Positions 1 to 9,807 of a DNA stretch of 64,000 bases are shown here, piece by piece (position 1 is the stretch's first letter; each line of letters begins with the position of its first letter). Source of the stretch: an uncultured Eubacteriales bacterium (lineage in GTDB: Bacteria > Bacillota > Clostridia > Oscillospirales > Oscillospiraceae). The position numbers and the translations under genes were made by a program. The stretch covers positions 19,335 through 83,334 of the forward strand of contig URQA01000001.1 in assembly GCA_900549885.1 (NCBI GenBank). The letters are read 5' to 3'. The notes under the pieces were generated by a model. That model did no database searches and had not been told where the DNA came from. It saw only the letters and a list, made by a program, of their open reading frames with translations.

Positions 1-858
1 ACCAACCTGGGATACAACTGGAAATACTACACCCATGGCCTGCAATGTGAGGAAAATGCCGATGGAACGGACCGGCTGTGGCCCCAGCGTGACAAGTATA
101 TGATCGAGGTGAGCGTGGACGACTATATCCACGATGATACTCCCTTCCATGTGTATTACCTTACGGTCAGCGGACACACCAATTACGGCTGGAATCGGGT
201 GGCAACTCAGTACCGGGACCTGGTATCTGATCTGCCATACAGTGAAAAGACCCAGGCTTATGTAGCGGCGGCTGCCATCGAGGTGGACCGTGCTATGCAG
301 ACGCTGCTGGATGAGCTGGAAGCGGCAGGCAAGCTGGACAACACCCTCATCGTAGCTACTGGGGACCACATCCCCTATGCGGATGTTGACGTGCTGGAAG
401 AGTTAGCGGGCAAGAGCTTCGGCAGTTCGGAGGACCTGTCCAATATCAAGGAATCCAACATAGACTTCGATGTGTATAAGAATACTCTCATCATGTGGTC
501 GGCCAGCATGGATGAGCCGGTGGAGGTGGACAAGGTGTGCTGCCAGGTAGATATTCTGCCTACAGTATCCAACCTGCTGGGCCTGGAGTATGACTCCCGG
601 ATGCTGGACGGAAGCGACATCTTGTCAGACAGCGAGGGGCTTGTGGTGTTTTCCTCCCGGTGCTGGAAGTCTGACCGGGGCTTCTACAATCGTTACACCC
701 AGGAATTCACCCCTGCCGAGGGCGTCACCATGACCCCAGACGAGCAGGAGGAATACGTCTCAGCCATGAAGAAGCTGGTGGGCTACAAGCTGGACAGCAC
801 AGAGCTTATCGTGGAAAACGATTTTTATGACTATGTGTTCAACCAATTCCAAGGATAG
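1..858 (+). CDS. LTA synthase/sulfatase-family protein, C-terminal part (5' end outside the window)
   Basis: Frame open from base 1; motifs YYLTVSGH, TLIVATGDH and DILPTVSNLLG of the alkaline phosphatase/sulfatase (LtaS-like) superfamily. Confidence 0.75.
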   Translation, partial: TNLGYNWKYYTHGLQCEENADGTDRLWPQRDKYMIEVSVDDYIHDDTPFHVYYLTVSGHTNYGWNRVATQYRDLVSDLPYSEKTQAYVAAAAIEVDRAMQTLLDELEAAGKLDNTLIVATGDHIPYADVDVLEELAGKSFGSSEDLSNIKESNIDFDVYKNTLIMWSASMDEPVEVDKVCCQVDILPTVSNLLGLEYDSRMLDGSDILSDSEGLVVFSSRCWKSDRGFYNRYTQEFTPAEGVTMTPDEQEEYVSAMKKLVGYKLDSTELIVENDFYDYVFNQFQG

Positions 859-872
859 GGGAGGGACCCCGG

Positions 873-1595
873 ATGATCATTTTACCTGCCATTGACCTGA
901 AAGAAGGAAGGGCTGTCCGCCTGTACCAGGGGGATTTTGCCACTGCACACCAGGTAGCTGACGACCCCGTGGAGACGGCCCGGGCTTTTGTCCGGGCTGG
1001 AGCCCGGTATGTCCATATGGTGGACCTGGACGGAGCCAAGGATGGAACGCGGAAAAACGGCGCGGTGGTCCAGGCGGTGGCGGACATAGGCCTGCGTGTC
1101 GAACTGGGCGGCGGCCTGCGAACTATGGAGGATGTACGCACGGTGATGGCCATGGGGATCTATCGCGCGGTGATTGGGTCTGCAGCGGTATCTGACCCAG
1201 AGCTGGTGCGCCAGGCTGTAGCGGAATTTGGCCCAGATCGGATAGCCATTGGGGTGGATGCCAGAGACGGCCGGGTGTGCACCGCCGGATGGCAAGCGGA
1301 CTCCGGCCTCGATTATCTGGATTTTGTCCGACAGATGGAGCAGATCGGTGTGAAGAAAATTATCTTTACAGATATTGCAACAGACGGGATGTTGGCCGGC
1401 CCTTCTTATGATCGCCTGAAGGCGCTCCAGCAGGCAGTTCACTGTGACCTCATCGCCTCTGGTGGGGTATCCTGTAACGGCGACCTTGTCCGCCTGCGCC
1501 AGATGGGAATGTATGGGGCCATTGTAGGCAAGGCGTATTATACCGGAGCGGTGGACTTGGCCCGAGCGGTGAAGGAGGCAGGAGAGCAGTGCTAG
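873..1595 (+). CDS. hisA: ProFAR isomerase
   Basis: [42 protein letters not shown]. Confidence 0.97.
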   Translation: MIILPAIDLKEGRAVRLYQGDFATAHQVADDPVETARAFVRAGARYVHMVDLDGAKDGTRKNGAVVQAVADIGLRVELGGGLRTMEDVRTVMAMGIYRAVIGSAAVSDPELVRQAVAEFGPDRIAIGVDARDGRVCTAGWQADSGLDYLDFVRQMEQIGVKKIIFTDIATDGMLAGPSYDRLKALQQAVHCDLIASGGVSCNGDLVRLRQMGMYGAIVGKAYYTGAVDLARAVKEAGEQC

Positions 1596-2344
1596 CCAAA
1601 CGCATCATCCCCTGTCTGGACGTGCGGGATGGCCGGGTGGTCAAAGGAGTCAACTTCGTCAATATCCGGGACGCCGGGGATCCGGTAGAGCTGGCTTCCT
1701 ATTACTCCACCCAGGGGGCGGATGAGATCGTTTTTCTGGACATTACCGCTACAAGCGACGGGCGGGATACGGTGGCAGACGTGGTGGAGCGTACTGCCGC
1801 TCAGGTGTTTGTGCCCCTGACGGTAGGAGGCGGCATCCGGTCGCTGGAGGACTTTCAGCTGCTGCTCCGAGCTGGGGCGGATAAGATCTCCGTCAACTCT
1901 GCTGCAGTGAAGGATCCAGCGCTCATCTCTCGGGCGGCGGAGCGGTTCGGTTCCCAATGTGTGGTGCTGGCCATCGACGCCCGCCGCCGACCGGAGGGCA
2001 ATTATGAAGTAGTGGTGGCCGGCGGGCGGACTCCTACGGGGCTAGACGCGGTGGAATGGGCCAGGGAAGGGCAGCGCCGGGGGGCTGGCGAGATTTTGCT
2101 CACCTCCATGGATGCCGACGGCACCAAAGCCGGCTTTGACCTGGAGATGACACGGGCGGTCACCCGAGCGGTATCCATCCCGGTGATCGCCTCCGGCGGC
2201 TGCGGCAGTTTAGAGCACTTTGCCCAGGTATTTGAGCAGACCGGCTGTGACGCGGCGCTGGCTGCATCTCTGTTTCACTTTGGGGAGCTGACGGTGCCCC
2301 AAGTCAAGGAATATCTGGCCAGCCGGAATATTCCGGTGAGGTGA
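1589..2344 (+). CDS. hisF: Imidazole glycerol phosphate synthase cyclase subunit
   Basis: [31 protein letters not shown] start overlapping hisA. Confidence 0.98.
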   Translation: MLAKRIIPCLDVRDGRVVKGVNFVNIRDAGDPVELASYYSTQGADEIVFLDITATSDGRDTVADVVERTAAQVFVPLTVGGGIRSLEDFQLLLRAGADKISVNSAAVKDPALISRAAERFGSQCVVLAIDARRRPEGNYEVVVAGGRTPTGLDAVEWAREGQRRGAGEILLTSMDADGTKAGFDLEMTRAVTRAVSIPVIASGGCGSLEHFAQVFEQTGCDAALAASLFHFGELTVPQVKEYLASRNIPVR

Positions 2345-2349
2345 CGGGT

Positions 2350-2670
2350 ATGTTTGAGTTAGACCAATTGTTTCAGAAATCGGACCTGATCCCGGTGATT
2401 GTCCAGCATGAGGACACCAGAGAGGTGCTGATGCTGGGCTTTACCAACCGGGAAGCGGTGGAGCTGACCCTTCAGACCAGGACCGCCTGGTTCTGGAGCC
2501 GGAGCCGCCAACAATTGTGGAACAAAGGGGAGTCCTCCGGGCATTTTCTCCATGTGAAGCGCATCTGGACAGACTGCGATACAGATACCCTGCTCTACCT
2601 ATGTCAGCCGGATGGTCCTACCTGCCATACTGGCGCGCGCAGTTGCTTTTTCCGGGAAATTGAGCTATAA
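2350..2670 (+). CDS. hisI: Phosphoribosyl-AMP cyclohydrolase
   Basis: WSRSRQQLWNKGESSG, DCDTD, CHTGARSCF. Confidence 0.96.
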   Translation: MFELDQLFQKSDLIPVIVQHEDTREVLMLGFTNREAVELTLQTRTAWFWSRSRQQLWNKGESSGHFLHVKRIWTDCDTDTLLYLCQPDGPTCHTGARSCFFREIEL

Positions 2671-2712
2671 TTTTATTGACAAACTTAATTGTTCTCGTGG
2701 GAGTGTGAGATT

Positions 2713-3039
2713 ATGAGCGATACTCTGCAAACCCTATATGCGGTGATTCAAGACCGCCAGCTCCACCCGCAGGAGGGGTCCTACACCTGTTACCTCTTTG
2801 AAAAAGGGGTGGATAAAATTCTCAAAAAAGTGGGAGAGGAGTGCGCGGAAACCATCATCGCCGCGAAGAACGACGTTCCATCCGACACGGTGGGAGAGAT
2901 TTCCGATCTCATTTACCACCTGATGGTGATGATGGTAGAGCGGAATATCCCCTTGGAGGATGTGCTGGATGAGCTGGACCGCCGCAGCCGAAAGATCGGC
3001 AATCTCAAGCAGATGAAGCAGGTGGATAAGGAGACTTGA
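2713..3039 (+). CDS. hisE: Phosphoribosyl-ATP pyrophosphohydrolase
   Basis: GSYTCYLF, ILKKVGEECAE, EISDLIYHL. Confidence 0.96.
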   Translation: MSDTLQTLYAVIQDRQLHPQEGSYTCYLFEKGVDKILKKVGEECAETIIAAKNDVPSDTVGEISDLIYHLMVMMVERNIPLEDVLDELDRRSRKIGNLKQMKQVDKET

Positions 3040-3041
3040 AT

Positions 3042-3770
3042 ATGGAAAACATGGACAATTATAACCAATACGGTTTTGACAGCGACTACGCCCGTGCATC
3101 CTCTGGGCTGACACTGAACCAGTATGTCGCCAAGACCTTCCTATGGATGTTTGTTGGGCTGATGGTCACGTTCGGCACTGCCTACCTGGGTTATTGGAGC
3201 GGATTGCTGGCGTTCGTGTTTCTAACTCCTATGGTTCCGGTACTGTTGCTGGTGGCAGAGCTGGCGGTAGTGCTGGTGCTGTCCGCCCGCATCCACAAGC
3301 TGCATGTGGGAACGGCCCGGGTGCTGTTTTTGCTGTATGCGGTGCTCAATGGCGTGGTGTTCTCCACCTATTTCCTGATGTTTGAAATGGCCACCCTGAT
3401 TTATATTTTCGCTTTAACGGCTGTCTACTTCGGAATTTTTGCCTTGTATGGCCGTTTTACAAAGCGAAATTTGTCTGGCTTCCGCCCCTTTATCATCGGT
3501 GGATTGATCTTCCTGCTGGTGGTGAGTGTGCTGTCTCTCTTCCTGCCCCTGGGCGGGTTGGACCGCATTGTGTGCCTGATCGGTATTGCGCTGTTTTTGG
3601 GTATCACCGCCTATGACAGCCAAAAGATTGGTCAGTATTACGTGGCGTATCAAGGTGACAGCGCCATGCTGCAAAGGGCATCTATTTTCTCTGCCCTGCA
3701 GCTCTATTTGGACTTTATCAACCTATTCTTGTATTTACTTCGTTTTTTTGCCCGAAACAGAAGTAATTGA
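3042..3770 (+). CDS. Bax inhibitor-1/YccA family membrane protein
   Basis: About 7 hydrophobic segments; AYDSQKI and ALQLYLDFINLFLYLLR C-terminal signature. Confidence 0.9.
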   Translation: MENMDNYNQYGFDSDYARASSGLTLNQYVAKTFLWMFVGLMVTFGTAYLGYWSGLLAFVFLTPMVPVLLLVAELAVVLVLSARIHKLHVGTARVLFLLYAVLNGVVFSTYFLMFEMATLIYIFALTAVYFGIFALYGRFTKRNLSGFRPFIIGGLIFLLVVSVLSLFLPLGGLDRIVCLIGIALFLGITAYDSQKIGQYYVAYQGDSAMLQRASIFSALQLYLDFINLFLYLLRFFARNRSN

Positions 3771-3792
3771 GGAACGCGACGGTACCACATAG

Positions 3793-3828
3793 AAAATCCC
3801 AACCGGAAATAACCGGTTGGGATTTTTT
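3793..3828 (+). terminator. Intrinsic terminator
   Basis: 14-bp inverted repeat AAAATCCCAACCGG/CCGGTTGGGATTTT plus T run. Confidence 0.85.
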
Positions 3829-3844
3829 GCGTCTCCCTCTGGTG

Positions 3845-3873
3845 TCATAAATGTGGACGTGCCCTCATATGCT
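3845..3873 (+). promoter_or_regulatory. SigE-type promoter of the spoIIIA operon
   Basis: TCATAAA-14 bp-CATATGCT, matching the SigE consensus (ATA-16-CATAcanT). Confidence 0.8.
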
Positions 3874-3899
3874 GTGACATCACGAAAGAGGTGACGGAT

Positions 3900-4811
3900 A
3901 TGAATCATGGAGAAACATTTCTTCCCTACCGGCAGGCAGCCAGCGTCCTGCCCGATGCCTTCCGCCGGGCGGCGGAGGGAGCCAACGAGCCGGCCAGGCG
4001 CCGGGCGGAGGAATTTCGGCTTCGCCTGGGCGCTCCGATGACCATTGTGCTGGAGGACGAAGAGCATGAATCGGACAGCCCTCCGGTGACGGAGGCAGAC
4101 CTGCGCACCGTGTTGGAGCAGGCCAGCAGGGCATCTGCGCACACGGTCCTGGACCGGGTACGGTCAGGTTATGTTACCATCCGTGGCGGACATAGGATCG
4201 GTTTGTGCGGAGAGGTGGTCATGAAGCAGGGGCAGATTCAGGCCTTCGGCCGTCTGTCGTCCCTCTCCATCCGAATTGCCAAACAGGTGACGGGGGTAGG
4301 AGGACAGGCCCTGTCAGGAATCCTGGATCGGGGCCAGTTATGCAGTACCCTCATCCTGGCTCCACCCGGTGTGGGAAAAACCACTCTGCTTCGGGAGCTG
4401 GTCCGGCGTATTTCGGACGGTATCGGCATGGCCCCTTTGCGGGTCGGTTTGGCGGATGAGCGGGGAGAAGTGGCGGCCCTTTGGGAAGGACGCCCCCAGT
4501 TTGATGTGGGCCGGCGGACAGATGTGATGTCCGGCTGCTCAAAAGCGGATGGAATTTCCATTTTACTGCGGGGAATGTCTCCCAGAGTATTGGCTGTAGA
4601 CGAGATCACTGCCGCCGAAGATGTGGAAGCCATTGCTTGGGCAGCAGGCTGTGGCGTGACCCTGCTGGCCACCGCCCACGGCGGAAGTGTGGATGACCTG
4701 CAGCGCAGACCGCTGTATCGTCAGCTTGTAGACTTGGGGCTGTTCCGACGGGTATTGGTCCTGGAGAGTCGCTTAGGCAGGCGGCTGATGCGTATTGAGG
4801 TGCTCCCATGA
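3900..4811 (+). CDS. spoIIIAA: Stage III sporulation ATPase AA
   Basis: GYVTIRGGHRIG, Walker A PPGVGKTT, DERGE, VDEIT, ATAHG. Confidence 0.95.
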   Translation: MNHGETFLPYRQAASVLPDAFRRAAEGANEPARRRAEEFRLRLGAPMTIVLEDEEHESDSPPVTEADLRTVLEQASRASAHTVLDRVRSGYVTIRGGHRIGLCGEVVMKQGQIQAFGRLSSLSIRIAKQVTGVGGQALSGILDRGQLCSTLILAPPGVGKTTLLRELVRRISDGIGMAPLRVGLADERGEVAALWEGRPQFDVGRRTDVMSGCSKADGISILLRGMSPRVLAVDEITAAEDVEAIAWAAGCGVTLLATAHGGSVDDLQRRPLYRQLVDLGLFRRVLVLESRLGRRLMRIEVLP

Positions 4812-5320
4812 TCCGCTGGCTGGGGGCGGCGCTGCTGCTGATGGGCTCATCCGCCTTGGGCGTGGGGGCGGCAGCCCGCCTCCGGGGTCGTGTTCGGGAT
4901 ATTCAGGGCCTGACGGCGGGGCTGGAGGCAATGGCCCGCACCCTGTCAGCCAGTCTGGCCCCGCTGGATGAGATGCTGCAGGCAGCGGAGGCTTGTACAG
5001 GACAGCGCCCTGCCCAATTTTTTCACACCTGCAGGCGGGAACTGCTAACGTTAGGCGGAAATCCTTTTTCCCGCTTATGGGACAAGGCGCTGCGGGAAAC
5101 GCCTTTACGTTTGGACGAGGGAGACCGGGCTGTTTTAAAACAGGTGGGGGGCGTCCTGGGGCGCTATGATTCGGACAGTCAGACGGTCGCTCTGGGACAG
5201 GCGGTTCAGCGCCTGTCCCAACAACAGAGGGAAGCGGAAGAGCGGCAGGGCCGCTTAGGACGGGTATACGGTACGCTGGGCGTGACATCCGGACTGCTTT
5301 TAGCGATCGTGTTGTTATAG
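4808..5320 (+). CDS. spoIIIAB: Stage III sporulation protein AB
   Basis: N- and C-terminal TM segments, LGRYD motif, operon position. Confidence 0.9.
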   Translation: MIRWLGAALLLMGSSALGVGAAARLRGRVRDIQGLTAGLEAMARTLSASLAPLDEMLQAAEACTGQRPAQFFHTCRRELLTLGGNPFSRLWDKALRETPLRLDEGDRAVLKQVGGVLGRYDSDSQTVALGQAVQRLSQQQREAEERQGRLGRVYGTLGVTSGLLLAIVLL

Positions 5321-5333
5321 AAAGGGTGGGACT

Positions 5334-5528
5334 ATGGATGTAGATCTGATTTTTCGGATTGCGGCCATCGGGATATTGGTCTCAGTACTAAACCAAGTAC
5401 TGTCCCGCTCAGGCAGAGACGAACAGGCTACCATGACCACCCTGGCAGGGTTGGTGGTGGTGCTGGTAATGGTGGTACAGGAGATTAGCAGCTTGTTCGA
5501 CCTAGTCAAAAATCTCTTTGACCTATGA
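5334..5528 (+). CDS. spoIIIAC: Stage III sporulation protein AC
   Basis: MDVDLIFRIAAIGILV...GRDEQA; 64 aa. Confidence 0.95.
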   Translation: MDVDLIFRIAAIGILVSVLNQVLSRSGRDEQATMTTLAGLVVVLVMVVQEISSLFDLVKNLFDL

Positions 5529-5911
5529 GTGAGATTGGAAGGGTAGCCGCAGTGGCAGTGGTCGCCGCGCTGTGCGCCGTTCTCACGCGAAAAGCGGCTC
5601 CAGAATTTGCGATTGTCCTGGCTCTGGCTGCCGGGGCTATGATCCTGGCTTTTTGCGGCGGAGCGCTGTCCTCTGTGTTGGATTTCTTGGATGACCTGGC
5701 TCAGACCGGGGGACTGTCCCAGTCGGTGGTGACGCCTGTGGTCAAAACTGCCGGAATTGCCGTGGTAACGAAAATCGCAGCGGAAATCTGCCGGGACGCC
5801 CAAGAAGGAGGACTGGCTGGAACCGTGGAGACGGCAGGAACCATTTTGGCCCTGTTAACGGCAGTTCCGTTGCTCACCGCAGTCCTGTCTACCTTGGAGG
5901 GGTTGTTATGA
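5525..5911 (+). CDS. spoIIIAD: Stage III sporulation protein AD
   Basis: KTAGIAVVTKIAAEICRDA motif, operon position. Confidence 0.92.
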   Translation: MSEIGRVAAVAVVAALCAVLTRKAAPEFAIVLALAAGAMILAFCGGALSSVLDFLDDLAQTGGLSQSVVTPVVKTAGIAVVTKIAAEICRDAQEGGLAGTVETAGTILALLTAVPLLTAVLSTLEGLL

Positions 5912-5945
5912 CGGATGGATCGGGCGCGGCTTAGGAGGGGGAACG

Positions 5946-7043
5946 ATGAAGTATGCAATCTGCCTGGCTCTGTGCTTGATCTTGGCTGCGGTACCGGCAT
6001 CGGCGGCGGGGACGGATGTACTGGATGAGCAGAGGCAGTCTCTAGAGGTGGACGAGCTGGAACGGGCGGCACAGGAAGAACTGGACGGAATGGACCTCAC
6101 TCTGGATGGAGACTGGCAGGACAATTTGGCTCAACTACTGGACACAGGGACGGAAGAACTGGGCGGCGTGGTCAAAAAAGCGGTGCGGTCCTGCGTCCTG
6201 CTGCTGATTATCGTGCTGCTGTGTACACTGGGAGAGACGGTGACCCAGGCAGGAGAAGCACGGGGCCTTTCTGTGACGCCCTTGGCAGGTACATTAGCCG
6301 TGACGGCTGTTGCCGTAGCCGATGTTCACTCCCTTTTGGGGATGGGAACCTCTGCTATCTCATCCATTACTACATTCTCCAATGTGCTGCTGCCAGTGGT
6401 TGCCACGGTGACTGCGGCGACCGGCGCGATCACTGGCGCAGCGGCCCGTCAAATGGCGGCGGCCGTCTTTTCCGGGCTGCTGGTCAATCTGATCCACCGT
6501 CTGCTGGTGCCGCTGGTCTATGGCTATATCGCAGCCAGCGTGGCTTATGCAGCGGTGGGAAATGAGGGGCTTAAACGGCTGGGGGCGCTGCTGAAATGGC
6601 TGGTCACTACCGTTCTCACCATTGTTATGCTGGTGTTTGTAGGCTATCTGACAATCAGTGGGATTATTGCAGGTTCAACGGATGCGGCTACGGTAAAAGC
6701 GGCAAAATTCGCCATCTCTGGGGCGGTTCCTGTGGTGGGAGGCATCCTGGCCGACGCTTCGGAGAGTGTTCTGGCAGCGGCAGGAGTTCTGCGCAGTACA
6801 GTAGGGATCTTCGGAATGATTGTGATACTTGCCATCTGTCTGCTACCCTTTTTGCAGCTGGCGGTTCACTATCTGCTGTACAAGCTGGCCGCGGCACTAT
6901 CTGCCACTGTGGGGGGTGGACGGGTATGTGGCCTGATTGAGAGCATTTCCGGCGCTTTTGGGCTGATTTTAGGAATGACAGGAGCCTGTGCGCTGTTGCT
7001 GCTGGTGACGCTGGTATCTTCTATCACGGTGGTGACCGTATGA
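5946..7043 (+). CDS. spoIIIAE: Stage III sporulation protein AE
   Basis: Polytopic membrane protein; AKFAISGAVPVVGGIL. Confidence 0.92.
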   Translation: MKYAICLALCLILAAVPASAAGTDVLDEQRQSLEVDELERAAQEELDGMDLTLDGDWQDNLAQLLDTGTEELGGVVKKAVRSCVLLLIIVLLCTLGETVTQAGEARGLSVTPLAGTLAVTAVAVADVHSLLGMGTSAISSITTFSNVLLPVVATVTAATGAITGAAARQMAAAVFSGLLVNLIHRLLVPLVYGYIAASVAYAAVGNEGLKRLGALLKWLVTTVLTIVMLVFVGYLTISGIIAGSTDAATVKAAKFAISGAVPVVGGILADASESVLAAAGVLRSTVGIFGMIVILAICLLPFLQLAVHYLLYKLAAALSATVGGGRVCGLIESISGAFGLILGMTGACALLLLVTLVSSITVVTV

Positions 7044-7531
7044 CAGAATTAATCAGACAATGGATCATCGCCGTAACCTGTGCCGCGATGCTGGCGGCGA
7101 TACTCCAGACCCTGCTGCCCAAAGGTGGAACTGGTGCCGCAGGCCGCCTGGCAGGAGGGCTGCTGCTTCTGATTGCCACAGTACAACCCTTGCTGAGCCT
7201 AGACTATGATAGCCTGGCCCAGTCAATGACAAAGCTGCGGCTGGAAGAATATAGGTCTGATCAGGAACTGGCAGAGGCGAACAGCAGCTTGTTGGAAGAA
7301 CTCATAGAACAAGAGACTAGATCATATATTTTGGACAAGGCGGAGGAGCTTGGCATGACATGCCAAGTAGCGGTCACCTGTGAACTCCAGGATGAGGGCA
7401 TTCCATTCCCCAAATTTGTCACGGTGTCCGGCTCGTTTACCCAGGAGCAGGCTGACGCCCTGTCTCAGATCATTGAGGCAGACCTGGCCGTCCCGGTCCA
7501 AAACCAGACCTACAAGGGGGAGGTGGAATGA
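7040..7531 (+). CDS. spoIIIAF: Stage III sporulation protein AF
   Basis: Two N-terminal TM segments with LLP..G motif, operon position. Confidence 0.85.
   Translation: MTELIRQWIIAVTCAAMLAAILQTLLPKGGTGAAGRLAGGLLLLIATVQPLLSLDYDSLAQSMTKLRLEEYRSDQELAEANSSLLEELIEQETRSYILDKAEELGMTCQVAVTCELQDEGIPFPKFVTVSGSFTQEQADALSQIIEADLAVPVQNQTYKGEVE
7302..7330 (+). promoter_or_regulatory. Internal SigE-type promoter inside spoIIIAF (for spoIIIAG-AH)
   Basis: TCATAGA-14 bp-CATATATT. Confidence 0.65.
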
Positions 7532-8037
7532 TGGAGCTGGAGCCTGTCAAAAAGAGACTGCTGGGGTGGAGCAAACGGCTGGGGCCATATAAGTATGTGC
7601 TGTTGGTCATTGCGGCGGGAGCTGTGCTCCTGCTTTGGCCGGAACATACAGACGGGCAGGCCACTGTGCCGGCAGTTCAGGAGGAGGAAACCTTTTCTGT
7701 AGAGAACATGGAAAACCAGCTGGAGGAAATTTTAGGCCAAATAGAGGGCGCAGGCCAGGTATCGGTGATGCTGACGGTCAAAAGCGGGATGGAACGTATC
7801 TTGGCTCAAGACGGTACCCTCAGCTCAGAAGAGGAAAGCGTCCAGACGGTGGTTATTTCCACGGGGAGCGGCACCGAAGAAGTGGTCGTGCTCAAGCAGT
7901 ATTATCCGACCTTTCAAGGGGCGCTTATCGTCTGTTCCGGTGGAGGAGACGCCCAGGTACAGCTGTTGATTACCCAAGCGGTCTCAGCGCTGACCGGCCT
8001 TAGTGCGGCACGAATTTCAGTATGTCAGGGAGGCTGA
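7528..8037 (+). CDS. spoIIIAG: Stage III sporulation protein AG
   Basis: LEEILGQIEGAGQVSVML, GALIVCSGG. Confidence 0.92.
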   Translation: MMELEPVKKRLLGWSKRLGPYKYVLLVIAAGAVLLLWPEHTDGQATVPAVQEEETFSVENMENQLEEILGQIEGAGQVSVMLTVKSGMERILAQDGTLSSEEESVQTVVISTGSGTEEVVVLKQYYPTFQGALIVCSGGGDAQVQLLITQAVSALTGLSAARISVCQGG

Positions 8038-8071
8038 CCTCCCAAATGAATTCAATTGGAGGCGTAATGCA

Positions 8072-8647
8072 ATGAGTTTGTGGAAAAGAAACGCGGTCAT
8101 CGTGGCCATTGTGCTGTTTGTTGGAGCGGCAGTGTACCTAAATTGGTCCTATAACCAGTCTGGCACCGCAGATGCCGACGCCGATGCCCAGGGGTCCGCT
8201 AAAATTTTAGGGCAAGCGTCCTTGGTCAATGGAGAAGATGAGGACGACTCCCTCCTGACGGACGGGGAAACGCCGGTAGACGGCACCAGTACCGGATATT
8301 TTGCCACCGCGCGCCTGAACCGTCAGCAGGCCAGGGACAATGCGTTGGAACTGCTCCAAGAAGCGGCGGCAGATGACGAAGCGGAGCAGACCGTAATCGA
8401 CGATGCCAACCAGTCCATCCAGACCATGGCGGCATACACACTGTCGGAAGCACAAGTAGAAAATCTGGTAGTGGCCAAGGGCTATGAGGATTGTATCTGC
8501 TTTATCAATGAAAATAGCGCAAGCGTGGTGGTCGCTTCCACAGAAAGCGGCCTGACAGATACCGACATTGCCCGAATCGCGGAAATCGTGACGGAAGAAA
8601 CCGGTCTATCCGTCAGCCAGGTGAAAATCATCGAGGCAGATCCTTGA
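8072..8647 (+). CDS. spoIIIAH: Stage III sporulation protein AH
   Basis: AVYLNW, YFATARLNRQQAR, ENLVVAKGYEDC. Confidence 0.93.
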   Translation: MSLWKRNAVIVAIVLFVGAAVYLNWSYNQSGTADADADAQGSAKILGQASLVNGEDEDDSLLTDGETPVDGTSTGYFATARLNRQQARDNALELLQEAAADDEAEQTVIDDANQSIQTMAAYTLSEAQVENLVVAKGYEDCICFINENSASVVVASTESGLTDTDIARIAEIVTEETGLSVSQVKIIEADP

Positions 8648-8666
8648 GCTTCGCCGGAAAAATGGG

Positions 8667-8695
8667 TTGTAATTTTTGCTCTTTGGTGATACAAT
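8667..8695 (+). promoter_or_regulatory. SigA promoter of the asp23-family gene
   Basis: TTGTAA-17-TACAAT with extended -10 TG. Confidence 0.65.
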
Positions 8696-8769
8696 AAGCG
8701 AAATGAAAAATTTTGGAGGGGACGGTATTTCGCCCTTTCCGTATCACGAAAAAAGGAGCGTGGCTCACA

Positions 8770-9132
8770 ATGGCCGAAGGTAGAGAATATATTTCTCGTC
8801 CTGACGAGATGGGACAGATTAATATTTCTGAAGAGGTGCTGGCAACCATTGCCGCTGCTGCTGCAATGGAGGTCGAAGGGGTGAGTTCCCTCGCTGCCGG
8901 ATTTGGCAGCGATATGGCCTCTTCCCGCAAAGGGCTGTCCAAGGCTGTGCATCTGTCTGTGGATGAGGATAAGGTGACGGTAGAGGTGGCTCTTTTGGTC
9001 AGTTACGGATATGCCGTCCCCACGGTAGCCAGGGCAGTTCAGGAGGCGGTTATCAGCGCTGTGGAAAATACCAGCGGACTGAATGTGGGCTGTGTCAACG
9101 TATCGGTGATTGGCGTGACCTTCCACAAATAA
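8770..9132 (+). CDS. Asp23/Gls24 family protein
   Basis: GQINISEEVLATIA, EVEGV, VQEAV..AVENTSGL. Confidence 0.92.
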   Translation: MAEGREYISRPDEMGQINISEEVLATIAAAAAMEVEGVSSLAAGFGSDMASSRKGLSKAVHLSVDEDKVTVEVALLVSYGYAVPTVARAVQEAVISAVENTSGLNVGCVNVSVIGVTFHK

Positions 9133-9145
9133 AGCGTGCGATGCG

Positions 9146-9181
9146 ATGACGCCGGGCGGCGGGTCCGCCCGGCGTCATTTT
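9146..9181 (+). terminator. Intrinsic terminator
   Basis: ATGACGCCGGGCGG/CCGCCCGGCGTCAT plus T run. Confidence 0.8.
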
Positions 9182-9328
9182 GTGCAAAAAATCAAGAGAG
9201 AAAGTCAGAGAAATATATGGTCAAAGGGGTTTCCTTTTTTCCTGGAAGTGTGTATAATATTCAAGAATATGCATAATTGGTGAGTTTACTGCTTGCGGCG
9301 GCCTATCCGCCGGGAAAGGATGAGAGAT

Positions 9329-9784
9329 ATGACCAGAAGCGCCGCCCGGGAGATCGCGGTACACTTCACGTTTGAGTTGGGGTTTTCCGACTTAAGCGCG
9401 GACCAGCTGCTGGAGCGGGACTTGACCCCGGAGTTTTTTGCATTGCTGGGTGAAGAAGAACCGTTGTACGCACAGTTCCCAGATAAAATCCAGTTGGAGT
9501 ACATTCAAAAAATTGTTCGAGGCGTTTTTGCCCACGGGGCGGAGCTGGACAATGATATCGCCAAATATGCCAAAGGCTGGCGTTTTGCCCGGATTGACCG
9601 GGTGGCGGCGGCTATTATGCGGGTGACCATGTTTGAAATTTTGTATATGCCGGATGTACCCAATAAGGCGGCCATCAATGAAGCGGTGGAGATTGCCAAG
9701 AAGTATCTGGATGAGGATACAGTCAAATTTGTCAATGGTATCCTGGGCTCTTTTGTGCGGACAGAGTTTCCTGCTGAAAACTGA
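9329..9784 (+). CDS. nusB: Transcription antitermination factor NusB
   Basis: RSAAREIA, GWRFARI, AINEAVEIAKKY, FVNGILG. Confidence 0.96.
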   Translation: MTRSAAREIAVHFTFELGFSDLSADQLLERDLTPEFFALLGEEEPLYAQFPDKIQLEYIQKIVRGVFAHGAELDNDIAKYAKGWRFARIDRVAAAIMRVTMFEILYMPDVPNKAAINEAVEIAKKYLDEDTVKFVNGILGSFVRTEFPAEN

Positions 9785-9807
9785 TGTTACAGAGAGAGGG
9801 GCGGAAC

